Part shown: positions 6,947 through 15,944 of the stretch, one piece after another
Layout of the letters: each line of letters starts with the position of its first letter
Numbering within the stretch: the stretch's first letter is position 1
From: an uncultured Woeseiaceae bacterium
Lineage (GTDB): Bacteria; Pseudomonadota; Gammaproteobacteria; Steroidobacterales; Woeseiaceae
Reading direction: 5' to 3'
NCBI GenBank assembly: GCA_964465665.1
Contig: CAYXKM010000285.1
Location: 1,435 to 65,434, forward strand
DNA length: 64,000 nt
The notes under the pieces: model-generated
The model's database searches: none
Told to the model about the DNA's origin: nothing
The model's input: only the letters and a program-made list of their open reading frames with translations
Made by a program: the position numbers and the translations under genes

Positions 6947-7438
6947 TCAATCCTCTCCTGATGTCAGTACCTGCCTGATTTTTTCCTCGTACTCATCAGA
7001 CTTTTTGACCTGAAAACCCATGTGGGTGGCAACGACGGCGCCGTCGCGACCAATGATGTAGGAACTCGGCATCGCTTCGACTTCGAAATACCGTGCCAGG
7101 TCGCCGCCGGGATCGGCAGCGATGGTGAACTGCGCCGGATAGTCCCGCAGAAACGCGTCAGCATCGCCGGGGTCGGCGTCCATGTTCACGCCGATGATGA
7201 CCAGGCCCTGCGCGGAATACTTCTCCTGCATGCGATTCATCCACGGAAAAGAACGACGGCAGGGCACGCACCACGAGGCCCAGAAATCGAGCAGCACCAC
7301 CTGGCCGCGATAGTCGTCGAGGTTCAGCGAGGATTCGGCAGCGGGACTCGAGCTGATCGCCAGGGAACTGGCGATCAGCATCAGGAAAGCGGCGAGGGCC
7401 GGGCCGAAATTTCGAACGCGAGACACGTCCATATGCAA
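6947..7438 (-). CDS. TlpA/ResA-family periplasmic thiol:disulfide oxidoreductase
   Basis: ORF 6947..7438. Signal/anchor segment, WCVPC active site and thioredoxin fold blocks. Confidence 0.9.
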   Translation of the reverse strand: MHMDVSRVRNFGPALAAFLMLIASSLAISSSPAAESSLNLDDYRGQVVLLDFWASWCVPCRRSFPWMNRMQEKYSAQGLVIIGVNMDADPGDADAFLRDYPAQFTIAADPGGDLARYFEVEAMPSSYIIGRDGAVVATHMGFQVKKSDEYEEKIRQVLTSGED

Positions 7439-7591
7439 CAGGTGACCTTTATCAACGGATTTTCCAGGGCGTTCGACAGCGTGCTCTGCTGCCAGCCTGC
7501 CTCAATAGACGTTGGTCAATGAAAAATCGGTCGCTGGCCCACTGCCGCATGGCCTGCCGCTCGCCGAGCGGTCAGGCCGAAGTATTGAGGA

Positions 7592-8290
7592 CTACCAGCG
7601 GAAACCAATCGTCAGCGGGATGAACTCTATGTTCTCCCGTTCGAACTGAATCTGGTGATACTTCGCTTCGATGAAAATCTGCCCGTTGTAGGTGTTGAAA
7701 CTGTAGCCTGCACCGAGATTCCAGCCGAATTCGTCCGCAGAGGTACTGCCAACGACAAACGTGCCGGGCCCGACGCCGCCCGGATAGCACCACCAGAACC
7801 ACGGATCGCAGACCGGCGGATAGTAGACGAGCCCGTCCTGCGTAACTTCGCCGCCGACGTGGTACCAGCCGACGCCGCCGGTCAGGTACAAGCCGCTGCC
7901 GTTGCTGCCGCTCAAGCTCCAGATGCCGTTCAACCCCAGTTGCCAGTAATCGACGCCGCCTCCGGAAATGTTGCCGTCGTTGTTCGGATCCTGGTCGATG
8001 GCGTCATTGATGGCGCTCAGTGCCGAACTCGACAGATCGAAGTCGGTGTAGGCACCCTCGATCGAGAGTCCGATCGGCCAGTCCGAAGGCCAGTACAGTG
8101 CACCGCCGCTGAAGGTCCAGTCATCGTCAAGGACGTCGCCTGTGTCGCCCTGCGGGAAAGCCCAGCCGGCACCTATGTGCCCGAACCAGTCTCTGGACTG
8201 GTCATCGGGCCGACCCCCGGCCCACGCAGGTGCGATTGCCAGCGACGTGGCGGCGAGTACGGCACAAGCTTTTGAAATTGTTCGCGACAT
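7592..8290 (-). CDS. Small outer-membrane beta-barrel protein
   Basis: ORF 7592..8527 trimmed to the ATG at 8290 (GGAGGA 10 nt upstream). Signal peptide MSRTISKACAVLAATSLAIAPAWA. Gly/aromatic-rich sequence with a C-terminal GFRW. Confidence 0.75.
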   Translation of the reverse strand: MSRTISKACAVLAATSLAIAPAWAGGRPDDQSRDWFGHIGAGWAFPQGDTGDVLDDDWTFSGGALYWPSDWPIGLSIEGAYTDFDLSSSALSAINDAIDQDPNNDGNISGGGVDYWQLGLNGIWSLSGSNGSGLYLTGGVGWYHVGGEVTQDGLVYYPPVCDPWFWWCYPGGVGPGTFVVGSTSADEFGWNLGAGYSFNTYNGQIFIEAKYHQIQFERENIEFIPLTIGFRW

Positions 8291-8601
8291 AAACGAGAAG
8301 TCCTCCGACTTGATGAAATTATTATTCATTCTGGCAGATCCGGTGAGTACTGACACTTGTAGAATCGAAACCCCCGCGTAAGTTCCACACGGGGCGTAAC
8401 GCAGGCTGGCAGTCCGCCACCAGTGTATATCGATTGCCGCGATGAGTGGCGCGAAGCCTGAGGGAAGCCGATAGCTCATTGCGCTGTTACAAATGCTTAC
8501 CGTTTGGCCAATACCGCGCGCCGACAAATCCGTACACTATGATCCAGTGTCGATGACGCCGGATCGATGTGCAAAACCTGAATTACCCAGCAGATCCATA
8601 A

Positions 8602-10038
8602 ATGACCGGCATTCGCTCTCACATCCTGTGGTTTCGCCAGGATCTTCGACTCTCGGACAACCCGGCACTGCACGCGGCCGCTGCCAGCGGTGCCCCGATA
8701 CTGCCGGTTTATGTGTTGGACGACATCAAAGCGGATGACTGGGAAATCGGCGCTGCAGGACGCTGGTGGCTGCATAGGAGTCTTGCGGCACTGAATACGG
8801 ATCTCGGTGGCAGCCTGCGGTTTTTCAAAGGTGATGCGAAGAGCATTATCCTGCGACTCGCCAACGAGACCGACGCGAGCGCCATTTTCTGGAATCGCTG
8901 TTATGAACCGTGGCGGCGAACGCGCGACGAAACGCTGCGAACCGCATTGATTCAGGGGGGCAGGGAAGTTCGCAGTTTCAATGCATCGATGTTGTTCGAG
9001 CCGATGAGCATAAACAAGGCCGATCGTTCGCCGTACAAGGTCTTTACCCCGTTCTGGAATAAAGGCTGCCTGGAAAAAGGGCCTGCGCCGAGGACTGTCA
9101 TCGCTGCGCCTGCCGGTCTGAAGTACTGCGCGTATCCGGAGGAAGCCAGCCTGGACGAGCTCGAATTGCTGCCGGCGATCCGCTGGTACGACGAAATGCA
9201 AAGCGTATGGCAACCCGGTGAGCGCGGTGCGCGACAGCGCCTTCACGAGTTCCTGCAACATGGTCTGAAAAACTACGAAACGGGGCGAGACTTTCCAGCG
9301 AGGGGAAACGTCTCGCGATTGTCGCCACATTTGCATTGGGGCGAGATCTCGCCGCACCAGGCCTGGCAGGCGCTCGACGCGCAAGACGGGAGAAATGCAC
9401 CGCCGGGAGATATCGAGCATTTCCGCCGCGAGCTCGGCTGGCGGGAATTCTCGTACAACCTTCTGTATCACTTCCCACAGTTGCCGAAGGAAAACCTGCA
9501 ACGCAAATTCAATCGCTTTCCCTGGCGCGACGATCCCGGCTCGTTGCGTCGCTGGCAGCGCGGTGAGACGGGCTATCCCATTGTCGATGCGGGCATGCGC
9601 GAGCTTTGGCGTACCGGCTATATGCACAACCGTGTGCGCATGATCACCGGCTCGTTTCTCGTGAAGAACCTGTTGCTGCACTGGCATCACGGCGAACGCT
9701 GGTTCTGGGACACACTGGTCGATGCCGATCTCGCCAACAACAGCGCGAGCTGGCAGTGGATTGCCGGCTGCGGGGCCGATGCCGCTCCTTATTTCCGGAT
9801 ATTCAACCCGGTAACACAGGGACGTAAGTTCGATCCCGACGGCGCTTACGTGCGACGCAATGTCCCGGAGCTTGCCGCTCTGCCGGATCGTTACCTGCAT
9901 GCTCCGTGGGAAGCACCGACAGAAGTCCTTAAGGAATGTGGCATCACGCTGGGGCGTACTTATCCCAGGCCGATCGTCGATTTGAAAGAATCGCGCGAGC
10001 GCGCCCTGCAGGCGTTCGGATCACTTACACCGGACTAG
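8602..10038 (+). CDS. phrB: Deoxyribodipyrimidine photolyase
   Basis: ORF 8602..10038. N-terminal WFRQDLRLSDNPAL and C-terminal FAD-binding blocks (GYPIVDAGMREL, MHNRVRM, WQW..G). Confidence 0.92.
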   Translation: MTGIRSHILWFRQDLRLSDNPALHAAAASGAPILPVYVLDDIKADDWEIGAAGRWWLHRSLAALNTDLGGSLRFFKGDAKSIILRLANETDASAIFWNRCYEPWRRTRDETLRTALIQGGREVRSFNASMLFEPMSINKADRSPYKVFTPFWNKGCLEKGPAPRTVIAAPAGLKYCAYPEEASLDELELLPAIRWYDEMQSVWQPGERGARQRLHEFLQHGLKNYETGRDFPARGNVSRLSPHLHWGEISPHQAWQALDAQDGRNAPPGDIEHFRRELGWREFSYNLLYHFPQLPKENLQRKFNRFPWRDDPGSLRRWQRGETGYPIVDAGMRELWRTGYMHNRVRMITGSFLVKNLLLHWHHGERWFWDTLVDADLANNSASWQWIAGCGADAAPYFRIFNPVTQGRKFDPDGAYVRRNVPELAALPDRYLHAPWEAPTEVLKECGITLGRTYPRPIVDLKESRERALQAFGSLTPD

Positions 10039-10239
10039 TTATGCCGCTTCGCGAGCGGCGGTCCGCGAACGGCTGTCGGTGAGGGTTGGCACGATTCGCT
10101 CGCGCCGGCAGTCGGGCCATAATAACAGCAGCCGGATAGAGCTGGACGATCGATGAAGTGCACTCGCTCGACGGCGAGTTTGCGTTGCAATGGGTCCTTG
10201 AGACCGGGCACTGGCGGTGAGTTCCGCGCACTGCAATAG

Positions 10240-11145
10240 TCAGTCGGTATCAATGTACCTTTCTGTTATCGGGCCATAAGCATCGATACGGCGATCGCGA
10301 AAGAACGGCCAGCCATGGCGCGTCCTGCTCATCTCGCCGAGGTCCAGTTCCTCGACCATGACACATTCCTCATCTACAGGCGCGCGGCAGAGAATTCTTC
10401 CGTCCGGCGCGACCATGAAGCTCTGGCCCCAGAACTCGATGCCGCCCGAGCCCAGCGGGTCCGGTTCAAAGCCGGTGCGATTGACTGCCACAACGAAACA
10501 ACCGTTGGCAACGGCGTGCGAACGCTGAATGGTTTCCCAGGCCTGGTGCTGATTGACGCCAAACTCGGCCTTTTCCTCCGGATGCCAGCCGATGGCGGTC
10601 GGGTAGAACAGGATTTCGGCGCCCTTCAAGGCCGTCAGTCTCGCCGCTTCGGGGTACCACTGGTCCCAGCAGATCAGCACACCGAGTTCCGCATTCGCCG
10701 TACCGAAAGTCTTGAACCCGAGGTCGCCGGGGGTGAAATAGTACTTTTCGTAGTAGCGGGGGTCGTCGGGGATGTGCATTTTGCGGTACTTGCCGATGTA
10801 GCCGTGCTTGCCGTCCACGACCGCCGTGGTGTTGTGATACAGCCCCGGCGCGCGCTTTTCGAACAGGCTGACAATGATTGCTACATCGTGGCGAGCAGCG
10901 ATCGCGGCGAACGCATCCGTACTCGGACCGGGGATGACCTCGGCAAGCGCAAACTGCGCTGCGTCTTCGCTTTGGCAAAAATAACGGGAGCGAAACAGTT
11001 CGGGAAGACAGACGACTTGCGCACCCTTTCGGATGGCATCCTCGGTCATCGCAAGCGCTTTGCGCATGTTCTCGTCGGGATTGTCGGAACAGCTCATCTG
11101 CACCAGGCCAACCCGGACTTTTTCCGGCTTGTCGCTCGACTTCAT
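10240..11145 (-). CDS. aguB: N-carbamoylputrescine amidase (carbon-nitrogen hydrolase)
   Basis: ORF 10240..11253 trimmed to the ATG at 11145 (GAGGAGA upstream). Nitrilase-superfamily blocks LPELF and ICWDQWYPE. Sits in a polyamine gene context. Confidence 0.85.
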   Translation of the reverse strand: MKSSDKPEKVRVGLVQMSCSDNPDENMRKALAMTEDAIRKGAQVVCLPELFRSRYFCQSEDAAQFALAEVIPGPSTDAFAAIAARHDVAIIVSLFEKRAPGLYHNTTAVVDGKHGYIGKYRKMHIPDDPRYYEKYYFTPGDLGFKTFGTANAELGVLICWDQWYPEAARLTALKGAEILFYPTAIGWHPEEKAEFGVNQHQAWETIQRSHAVANGCFVVAVNRTGFEPDPLGSGGIEFWGQSFMVAPDGRILCRAPVDEECVMVEELDLGEMSRTRHGWPFFRDRRIDAYGPITERYIDTD

Positions 11146-11158
11146 TTCACCTGTCTCC

Positions 11159-13105
11159 TCATAGTCGGCCGCGCGGATCGATATACGTCTCTTCCTTGAG
11201 GCAGGCCATATACTGGTCAAGTATTTCCATACCGCGCGTCGGCCGGATTGCACCGGACTCGATCTTCTCCTTGATCAGGTTTTGCATGCGCCGCTGCAGG
11301 TCATTTGGAAAGTACTGCACCTGCGCGAGAATTTCCTGCACTTCGGTACCCGGGATGACTTTCTCGACCCAGAAGTTACCCGCCTCGTTGGCGTCGCCAT
11401 AGATGTGCGCCTCGGCGACCCGGCCGAAGAGATTGTGCGAATCACCCATGATGTCCTGATACGCGCCCATGAGGAAAAAGCCGAGGAAATACGGCTCCCC
11501 CGGACGGAGTGGATGCAGCTCCAGAAACTGCTTGTCCGGGTTCGACGAAACATACTGGCTCACCTTGCCGTCCGAATCGCAGGTCAGGTCAACGAGCAGC
11601 GCGCGCCGTGTCGGCCGCCGGTCGAGGTGATCCAGTGGCACGATCGGGAAAGCCTGGTCGATGGCCCAGTGATCCAGCATCGACTGGAACACCGAGAAAT
11701 CGCACAGGTACTGGTCGATCAGCTTGTCTTCGAGCTCGTGCATTTCCGCTGGCAACGGATCTGGGTCGATAGCCCGCAGGTGTCTTAAGACCGCGGAGCA
11801 GCAGCTCCAGTACAAACGCTCGACCAGCGCGTTCTGCTCGAGCGACAGGTAGCCGATGCCAAACAATGTCGACGCCTCGGCATGTACTTCCACGACATCA
11901 TGGTAAGCCTCCAGTAACTCGCCGATATCCATGCTGCCATCGGCAGTTTTACGAAGTGTCTGCAGGATCTCGCTCAGCGTTCGTGTCATGCGGTGGGAGT
12001 TCCTGGGCGCCTTGTAATCGTCTGCCACGCGGTCCTTCTGGTACGCGCCGAGTGTCTCGACGATCAACACGGAATGATGCGCCGTCAGCGCACGGCCGCT
12101 TTCCGAAACCAGCACCGGGTGCGGCACATTGCGCGTGTCGCACACTTCCATGATGGCCGAGACGACTGCGTTGGCGTATTCCTGCAACGAATAATTAATG
12201 CCGCCGTCAAATCCTCCGGAATAATTGACGCCGAGACCGCCGCCGACATCCATGTAGCGAATACGCAAGCCGCGATTCACCAGTTCGGCATAGATCTGTG
12301 CCATCTCCTTGGCGGCCTGCTTCAACTGCTGGATGTCGGATATCTGGCTGCCCAGGTGAAAATGCAGCAGCACGAACGAATCTCCGGCGCCGGCTGCCTC
12401 CAGGCGCTCCACCAGCTCCAGCAGTTCCGGAAGAGATATGCCGAACTTGGATCTGTAGCCACCGGAATCAGCCCATCGCCCGGCGCCTCCGGTCCGGAGC
12501 CGGATGCGCACGCCGAATTGCGTTTTGCTCTCGGACTCGGCGGCAAGCGCCATCAATTGCTCGAACTCGCCAAACTTTTCCATGACCGGGACCACGTTTT
12601 TTCCGAGTCGTTGCGCGGCGAGGATCAGGGACAGCATGGTCCGGTCCTTGACGCCATTGCAAATGAGCAGTGTCTCGTCCGATACGAGATGAGGAAGTGA
12701 TGCGATCAACTCCGCTTTGGATCCGCACTCGAGACCAAGACCATAAGGCGCGCCGGCATCCAGAACTTCCTCGACCACTTCGTGAAGCTGGTTCACCTTG
12801 ATCGGGTACACGCCGCGATAAACGTTCTTGTACTCCGCGTACGCAATCGCTTCGGCGAATGCCTCGTTCAGTCGGCGCACACGCGCGCGCAACACATCCT
12901 GAAATCGCAGCAGCAAGGGAAAGTTGATATTGCGCCGACGCATCTCGTTGACCACGTCCATGATGTCGATGGTCAGGGAATCGTTGTCGAAGGGTTTGAC
13001 GGCTACATGGCCTTTCTCGTTGATGACAAAGAACCCGTCGCTCCAGGCTTCCAGGCGATAGAGTTCGGCCGCGTCCTCCGTCGACCAGGTCATGTCCGCA
13101 GGCAT
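11159..13105 (-). CDS. speA: Biosynthetic arginine decarboxylase
   Basis: ORF 11159..13105 (648 aa). Shows SpeA-type sequence throughout (YGIxxWG-like N-terminus, PLP-binding region). Confidence 0.92.
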   Translation of the reverse strand: MPADMTWSTEDAAELYRLEAWSDGFFVINEKGHVAVKPFDNDSLTIDIMDVVNEMRRRNINFPLLLRFQDVLRARVRRLNEAFAEAIAYAEYKNVYRGVYPIKVNQLHEVVEEVLDAGAPYGLGLECGSKAELIASLPHLVSDETLLICNGVKDRTMLSLILAAQRLGKNVVPVMEKFGEFEQLMALAAESESKTQFGVRIRLRTGGAGRWADSGGYRSKFGISLPELLELVERLEAAGAGDSFVLLHFHLGSQISDIQQLKQAAKEMAQIYAELVNRGLRIRYMDVGGGLGVNYSGGFDGGINYSLQEYANAVVSAIMEVCDTRNVPHPVLVSESGRALTAHHSVLIVETLGAYQKDRVADDYKAPRNSHRMTRTLSEILQTLRKTADGSMDIGELLEAYHDVVEVHAEASTLFGIGYLSLEQNALVERLYWSCCSAVLRHLRAIDPDPLPAEMHELEDKLIDQYLCDFSVFQSMLDHWAIDQAFPIVPLDHLDRRPTRRALLVDLTCDSDGKVSQYVSSNPDKQFLELHPLRPGEPYFLGFFLMGAYQDIMGDSHNLFGRVAEAHIYGDANEAGNFWVEKVIPGTEVQEILAQVQYFPNDLQRRMQNLIKEKIESGAIRPTRGMEILDQYMACLKEETYIDPRGRL

Positions 13106-13111
13106 CGCGAT

Positions 13112-14083
13112 CTATTGCTCGAGCACGCAGGCGAAAATCAGCGGCGCGACGATCGTTGCATCGGACTCGATGATGTATTTCGGTGTGCTGGCCGACAGCT
13201 TTCCCCAGGTGATCTTTTCGTTCGGCACCGCGCCGGAATACGAGCCGTAGCTCGTTGTCGAATCGCTGATCTGACAGAAATAACCCCAGCGCGGCGTATC
13301 CGTTTTCCGCAGATCCTGCTGCAACATCGGTACGACGCAAATCGGAAAATCGCCGGCGATGCCGCCGCCAATCTGAAAGAAACCGATCGAGGATCTCACA
13401 CAGGTTTCCTCGTACCACTTCGCCAGCATCATCATGTATTCGATGCCGCCACGAACTGTGTGCACGTTGCTGATTTCACCAGTAATGCAGTGCGACGCAT
13501 AAATGTTGCCCAGCGTCGAGTCCTCCCAGCCGGGCACGATGATCGGCAGGTCGCGCTCGCAGGCGGCGGCCAGCCAGCTGTCTTTCGGGTCGATCTGGTA
13601 GTGCTTCTTCAGCTTGCCGGATCTCAGCATCTGGTACATGAATTCATGCGGAAAATACGCTTTCTTTTTCCCGTCCGCCTCCAGCCACAGGTCAAGAATA
13701 ACGTGCTCGATGCGTCGGATGGCTTCCTCCTCCGGAATGCAGGTGTCGGTGACTCGATTCAGGTGCCTCGCGAGCAAGGCCTCTTCATCGTCGGCAGTCA
13801 ACTGCCGATAATGAGGAATGCGAACGTAATGATCGTGCGCGACGAGATTGAAAATGTCTTCTTCGAGGTTGGCACCGGTACAGCAGATCGCGTGTACCTT
13901 GTTCTTGCGTATCATCTCGGCGAGCGACAGCCCGAGTTCCGCGGTACTCATTGCTCCCGCCAGTGTCATGAACATGACTCCGCCTTCGTCCAGGTGCCGT
14001 ACATACCCGTCCGCCGCATCGATCATGGCGGCGGCGTTGAAGTGGCGATAGTGGTGATGCACGAAGTCGCGAATGGCGGTCAT
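13112..14083 (-). CDS. Deoxyhypusine synthase-like protein (possible homospermidine synthase-type enzyme)
   Basis: ORF 13112..14083. GGAGGGAG RBS. DHS-family blocks include NEKITWGKL, which corresponds to the catalytic-lysine WGK motif of deoxyhypusine synthases. Confidence 0.8.
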   Translation of the reverse strand: MTAIRDFVHHHYRHFNAAAMIDAADGYVRHLDEGGVMFMTLAGAMSTAELGLSLAEMIRKNKVHAICCTGANLEEDIFNLVAHDHYVRIPHYRQLTADDEEALLARHLNRVTDTCIPEEEAIRRIEHVILDLWLEADGKKKAYFPHEFMYQMLRSGKLKKHYQIDPKDSWLAAACERDLPIIVPGWEDSTLGNIYASHCITGEISNVHTVRGGIEYMMMLAKWYEETCVRSSIGFFQIGGGIAGDFPICVVPMLQQDLRKTDTPRWGYFCQISDSTTSYGSYSGAVPNEKITWGKLSASTPKYIIESDATIVAPLIFACVLEQ

Positions 14084-14189
14084 TGGGCGGGTCTCCCTCC
14101 TGGGCCGTATGTACTCAGAATGTCGGCGGTGGACGCGGCATCATGGGGCCGGCTGGCCTGCATCGTGCCGGATTTCCTGCAGGCCGCTA

Positions 14190-15254
14190 TTAAACCACAG
14201 GAACCTGTTGTGTCAGACAATGAAATGTACCGAGGCCGAGAACCAGGTCGGTACAGTCGATGCCAATGACTTCCCGCCCCGGGAAGCATCGTGCCAGCAT
14301 CGCGCAGTTCGGCGTATCGGCAGGATCGTTGAATGCCGGCATCAGGACGGTCTTGTTGCCAATGTAGAAATTCGCGTAACTCGCCGGCAGGCGGTCTCCC
14401 TCGAACTCCACTGGCCGCGGCATCTGCAATTCGATCACTGTCAGCGATCGACCGTCGTCCAGCCGCACGCCATCCAGGCGCTCACGATTTTCCGCCAGCG
14501 CCAGGTAGTTCTCGTCCTTACGGTCACGTTCCACCACGGTAACGACAGTATCCTCCGCGACGAACCGTGTGAGGTCGTCGATATGACCGTCCGTATCGTC
14601 ACCGACTATGCCATCGCCAAGCCAGATGATCTGCCGGATGCCGAAACAATCGCGTAATCGTTGTTCGATATCGCCCTTCGTCATCGTCGGGTTGCGATTC
14701 GGATGCAACAGGCATTGCTCCGTGGTCAGCAACGCACCTGCGCCGTTGATGTCGATGGAACCGCCCTCGAGCACCATGTCGATGCTCTCGCAGGGGATGC
14801 CGAGAGCGGCAGCCATTTGCGGTGGAATGGCGTTGTCGAGGTCGTAGGGCGGGTATTTGCCACCCCAGGAGTTGAAGCGGAAGTCGAGGGCGAGCAGCGA
14901 CGCCTCGGGCGTACGTCGGGTAACGAAAATCGCACCGTGATCGCGGCACCAGGCGTCATTGGTCTGAAAGCGGTGGAAACGGAGGTTGGCCGAGTTCGTG
15001 TGTCCCTCCAGAAGGCCTTTGACGTGCTTTTCGTGTTTCACGTCGAGCACATTGATACGCACGAGTTCATGGGCCGACAGTGCCGCAACGAACTGAACCA
15101 TCACCGGTTCAACGGGCTCGAACTTGCCCGGCCAGCTTTCCCGTTTGTGCGGCCACGAGATCCAGGTCGCCTGGTGCGGCATCCATTCCGCAGGCGTGGA
15201 ATAGCCGCGTGCAGCAGGTGTATCCACCGTATTCGTACGGGGGGCTGTCGGCAT
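14190..15254 (-). CDS. aguA: Agmatine deiminase
   Basis: ORF 14190..15254. Blocks PAEWMPHQATWISWPH and C-terminal GTFHCLTQQ (catalytic Cys) identify a PAD_porph-type agmatine deiminase. Confidence 0.9.
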   Translation of the reverse strand: MPTAPRTNTVDTPAARGYSTPAEWMPHQATWISWPHKRESWPGKFEPVEPVMVQFVAALSAHELVRINVLDVKHEKHVKGLLEGHTNSANLRFHRFQTNDAWCRDHGAIFVTRRTPEASLLALDFRFNSWGGKYPPYDLDNAIPPQMAAALGIPCESIDMVLEGGSIDINGAGALLTTEQCLLHPNRNPTMTKGDIEQRLRDCFGIRQIIWLGDGIVGDDTDGHIDDLTRFVAEDTVVTVVERDRKDENYLALAENRERLDGVRLDDGRSLTVIELQMPRPVEFEGDRLPASYANFYIGNKTVLMPAFNDPADTPNCAMLARCFPGREVIGIDCTDLVLGLGTFHCLTQQVPVV

Positions 15255-15314
15255 CGGGGTGGCCTCTGGTTTTCCGGTGTTGCCGGGAACTGCAGGTTAT
15301 CGGTCGCGACAGGC

Positions 15315-15341
15315 AAAAAAAAGCCCCGCAAGCGGGGCTTT
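15315..15341 (-). terminator. Rho-independent terminator downstream of 15365..15817
   Basis: Reverse strand reads AAGCCCCGCTTGCGGGGCTTTTTTTT: a 7-bp GC stem with a tetraloop, followed by a T8 run. Confidence 0.8.
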
Positions 15342-15364
15342 CTTCAGATCCTGTACCTGGGCTG

Positions 15365-15817
15365 TCAATCCTTGAAGGTAACTTGCTGCAGTACATAAGT
15401 GCTGCCGATAGTACGCAGCGTCTCGCGATCGACTGCCGCTACGCGCATGTTCTCGGTCGAACCCGTGATGGTCGCACCGAGTTGCTCGACGTATTCGATG
15501 CCACGGTCAAACACCGCCCAGTTCTTGTAGGTTACCGTCAGGTACAGATCCGGCTCGCCTTTGCGCGGCGAAGTATTGGTAAACATGCTGAATGAAACAA
15601 TATCGCCATCCTTCATCTGGGCTTCGTTGAATTTTCGCCACACGTTGCTCAAATCGTTCACATAGGCATTGAACATTCCCGGTTTGACGTGTACTTCCGT
15701 CACGGCAACGATGTTGCCGTTCTCCCATCCACGGGTATGATCCTGTGCGAGCGCCGTGCCGGTCGATGCGCAGAATGTCACTGCCAGTACAGCAGTCCAG
15801 AGTCTTGTTCTTGTCAT
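15365..15817 (-). CDS. Hypothetical secreted protein
   Basis: ORF 15365..15817. AGGAA RBS. Signal peptide ends ALA-QD. No family recognised. Confidence 0.6.
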   Translation of the reverse strand: MTRTRLWTAVLAVTFCASTGTALAQDHTRGWENGNIVAVTEVHVKPGMFNAYVNDLSNVWRKFNEAQMKDGDIVSFSMFTNTSPRKGEPDLYLTVTYKNWAVFDRGIEYVEQLGATITGSTENMRVAAVDRETLRTIGSTYVLQQVTFKD

Positions 15818-15944
15818 TGCTGTGATTCCTTATTCTATTGTTGAATTGACAGAGTACAATTAATTGATCTTTTGCACTTGTGGCGGCGATTATACAGGTG
15901 CCGGCCACACATAAACTTTTTTCTGATGAAGTGAGAAATCCCGG

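Noticed and set aside
8497-9900. 467-aa ORF on the reverse strand opposite phrB
   Set aside because: The translation is Arg/Ala/Pro-rich low-complexity sequence with no family resemblance, whereas the forward frame is a clear photolyase. This is a typical antisense shadow ORF in GC-rich DNA.
12782-14269. 495-aa forward ORF overlapping speA and the DHS-like gene
   Set aside because: It is antisense to two well-supported genes, and the sequence is Arg/Val/His-rich with no recognisable domains.
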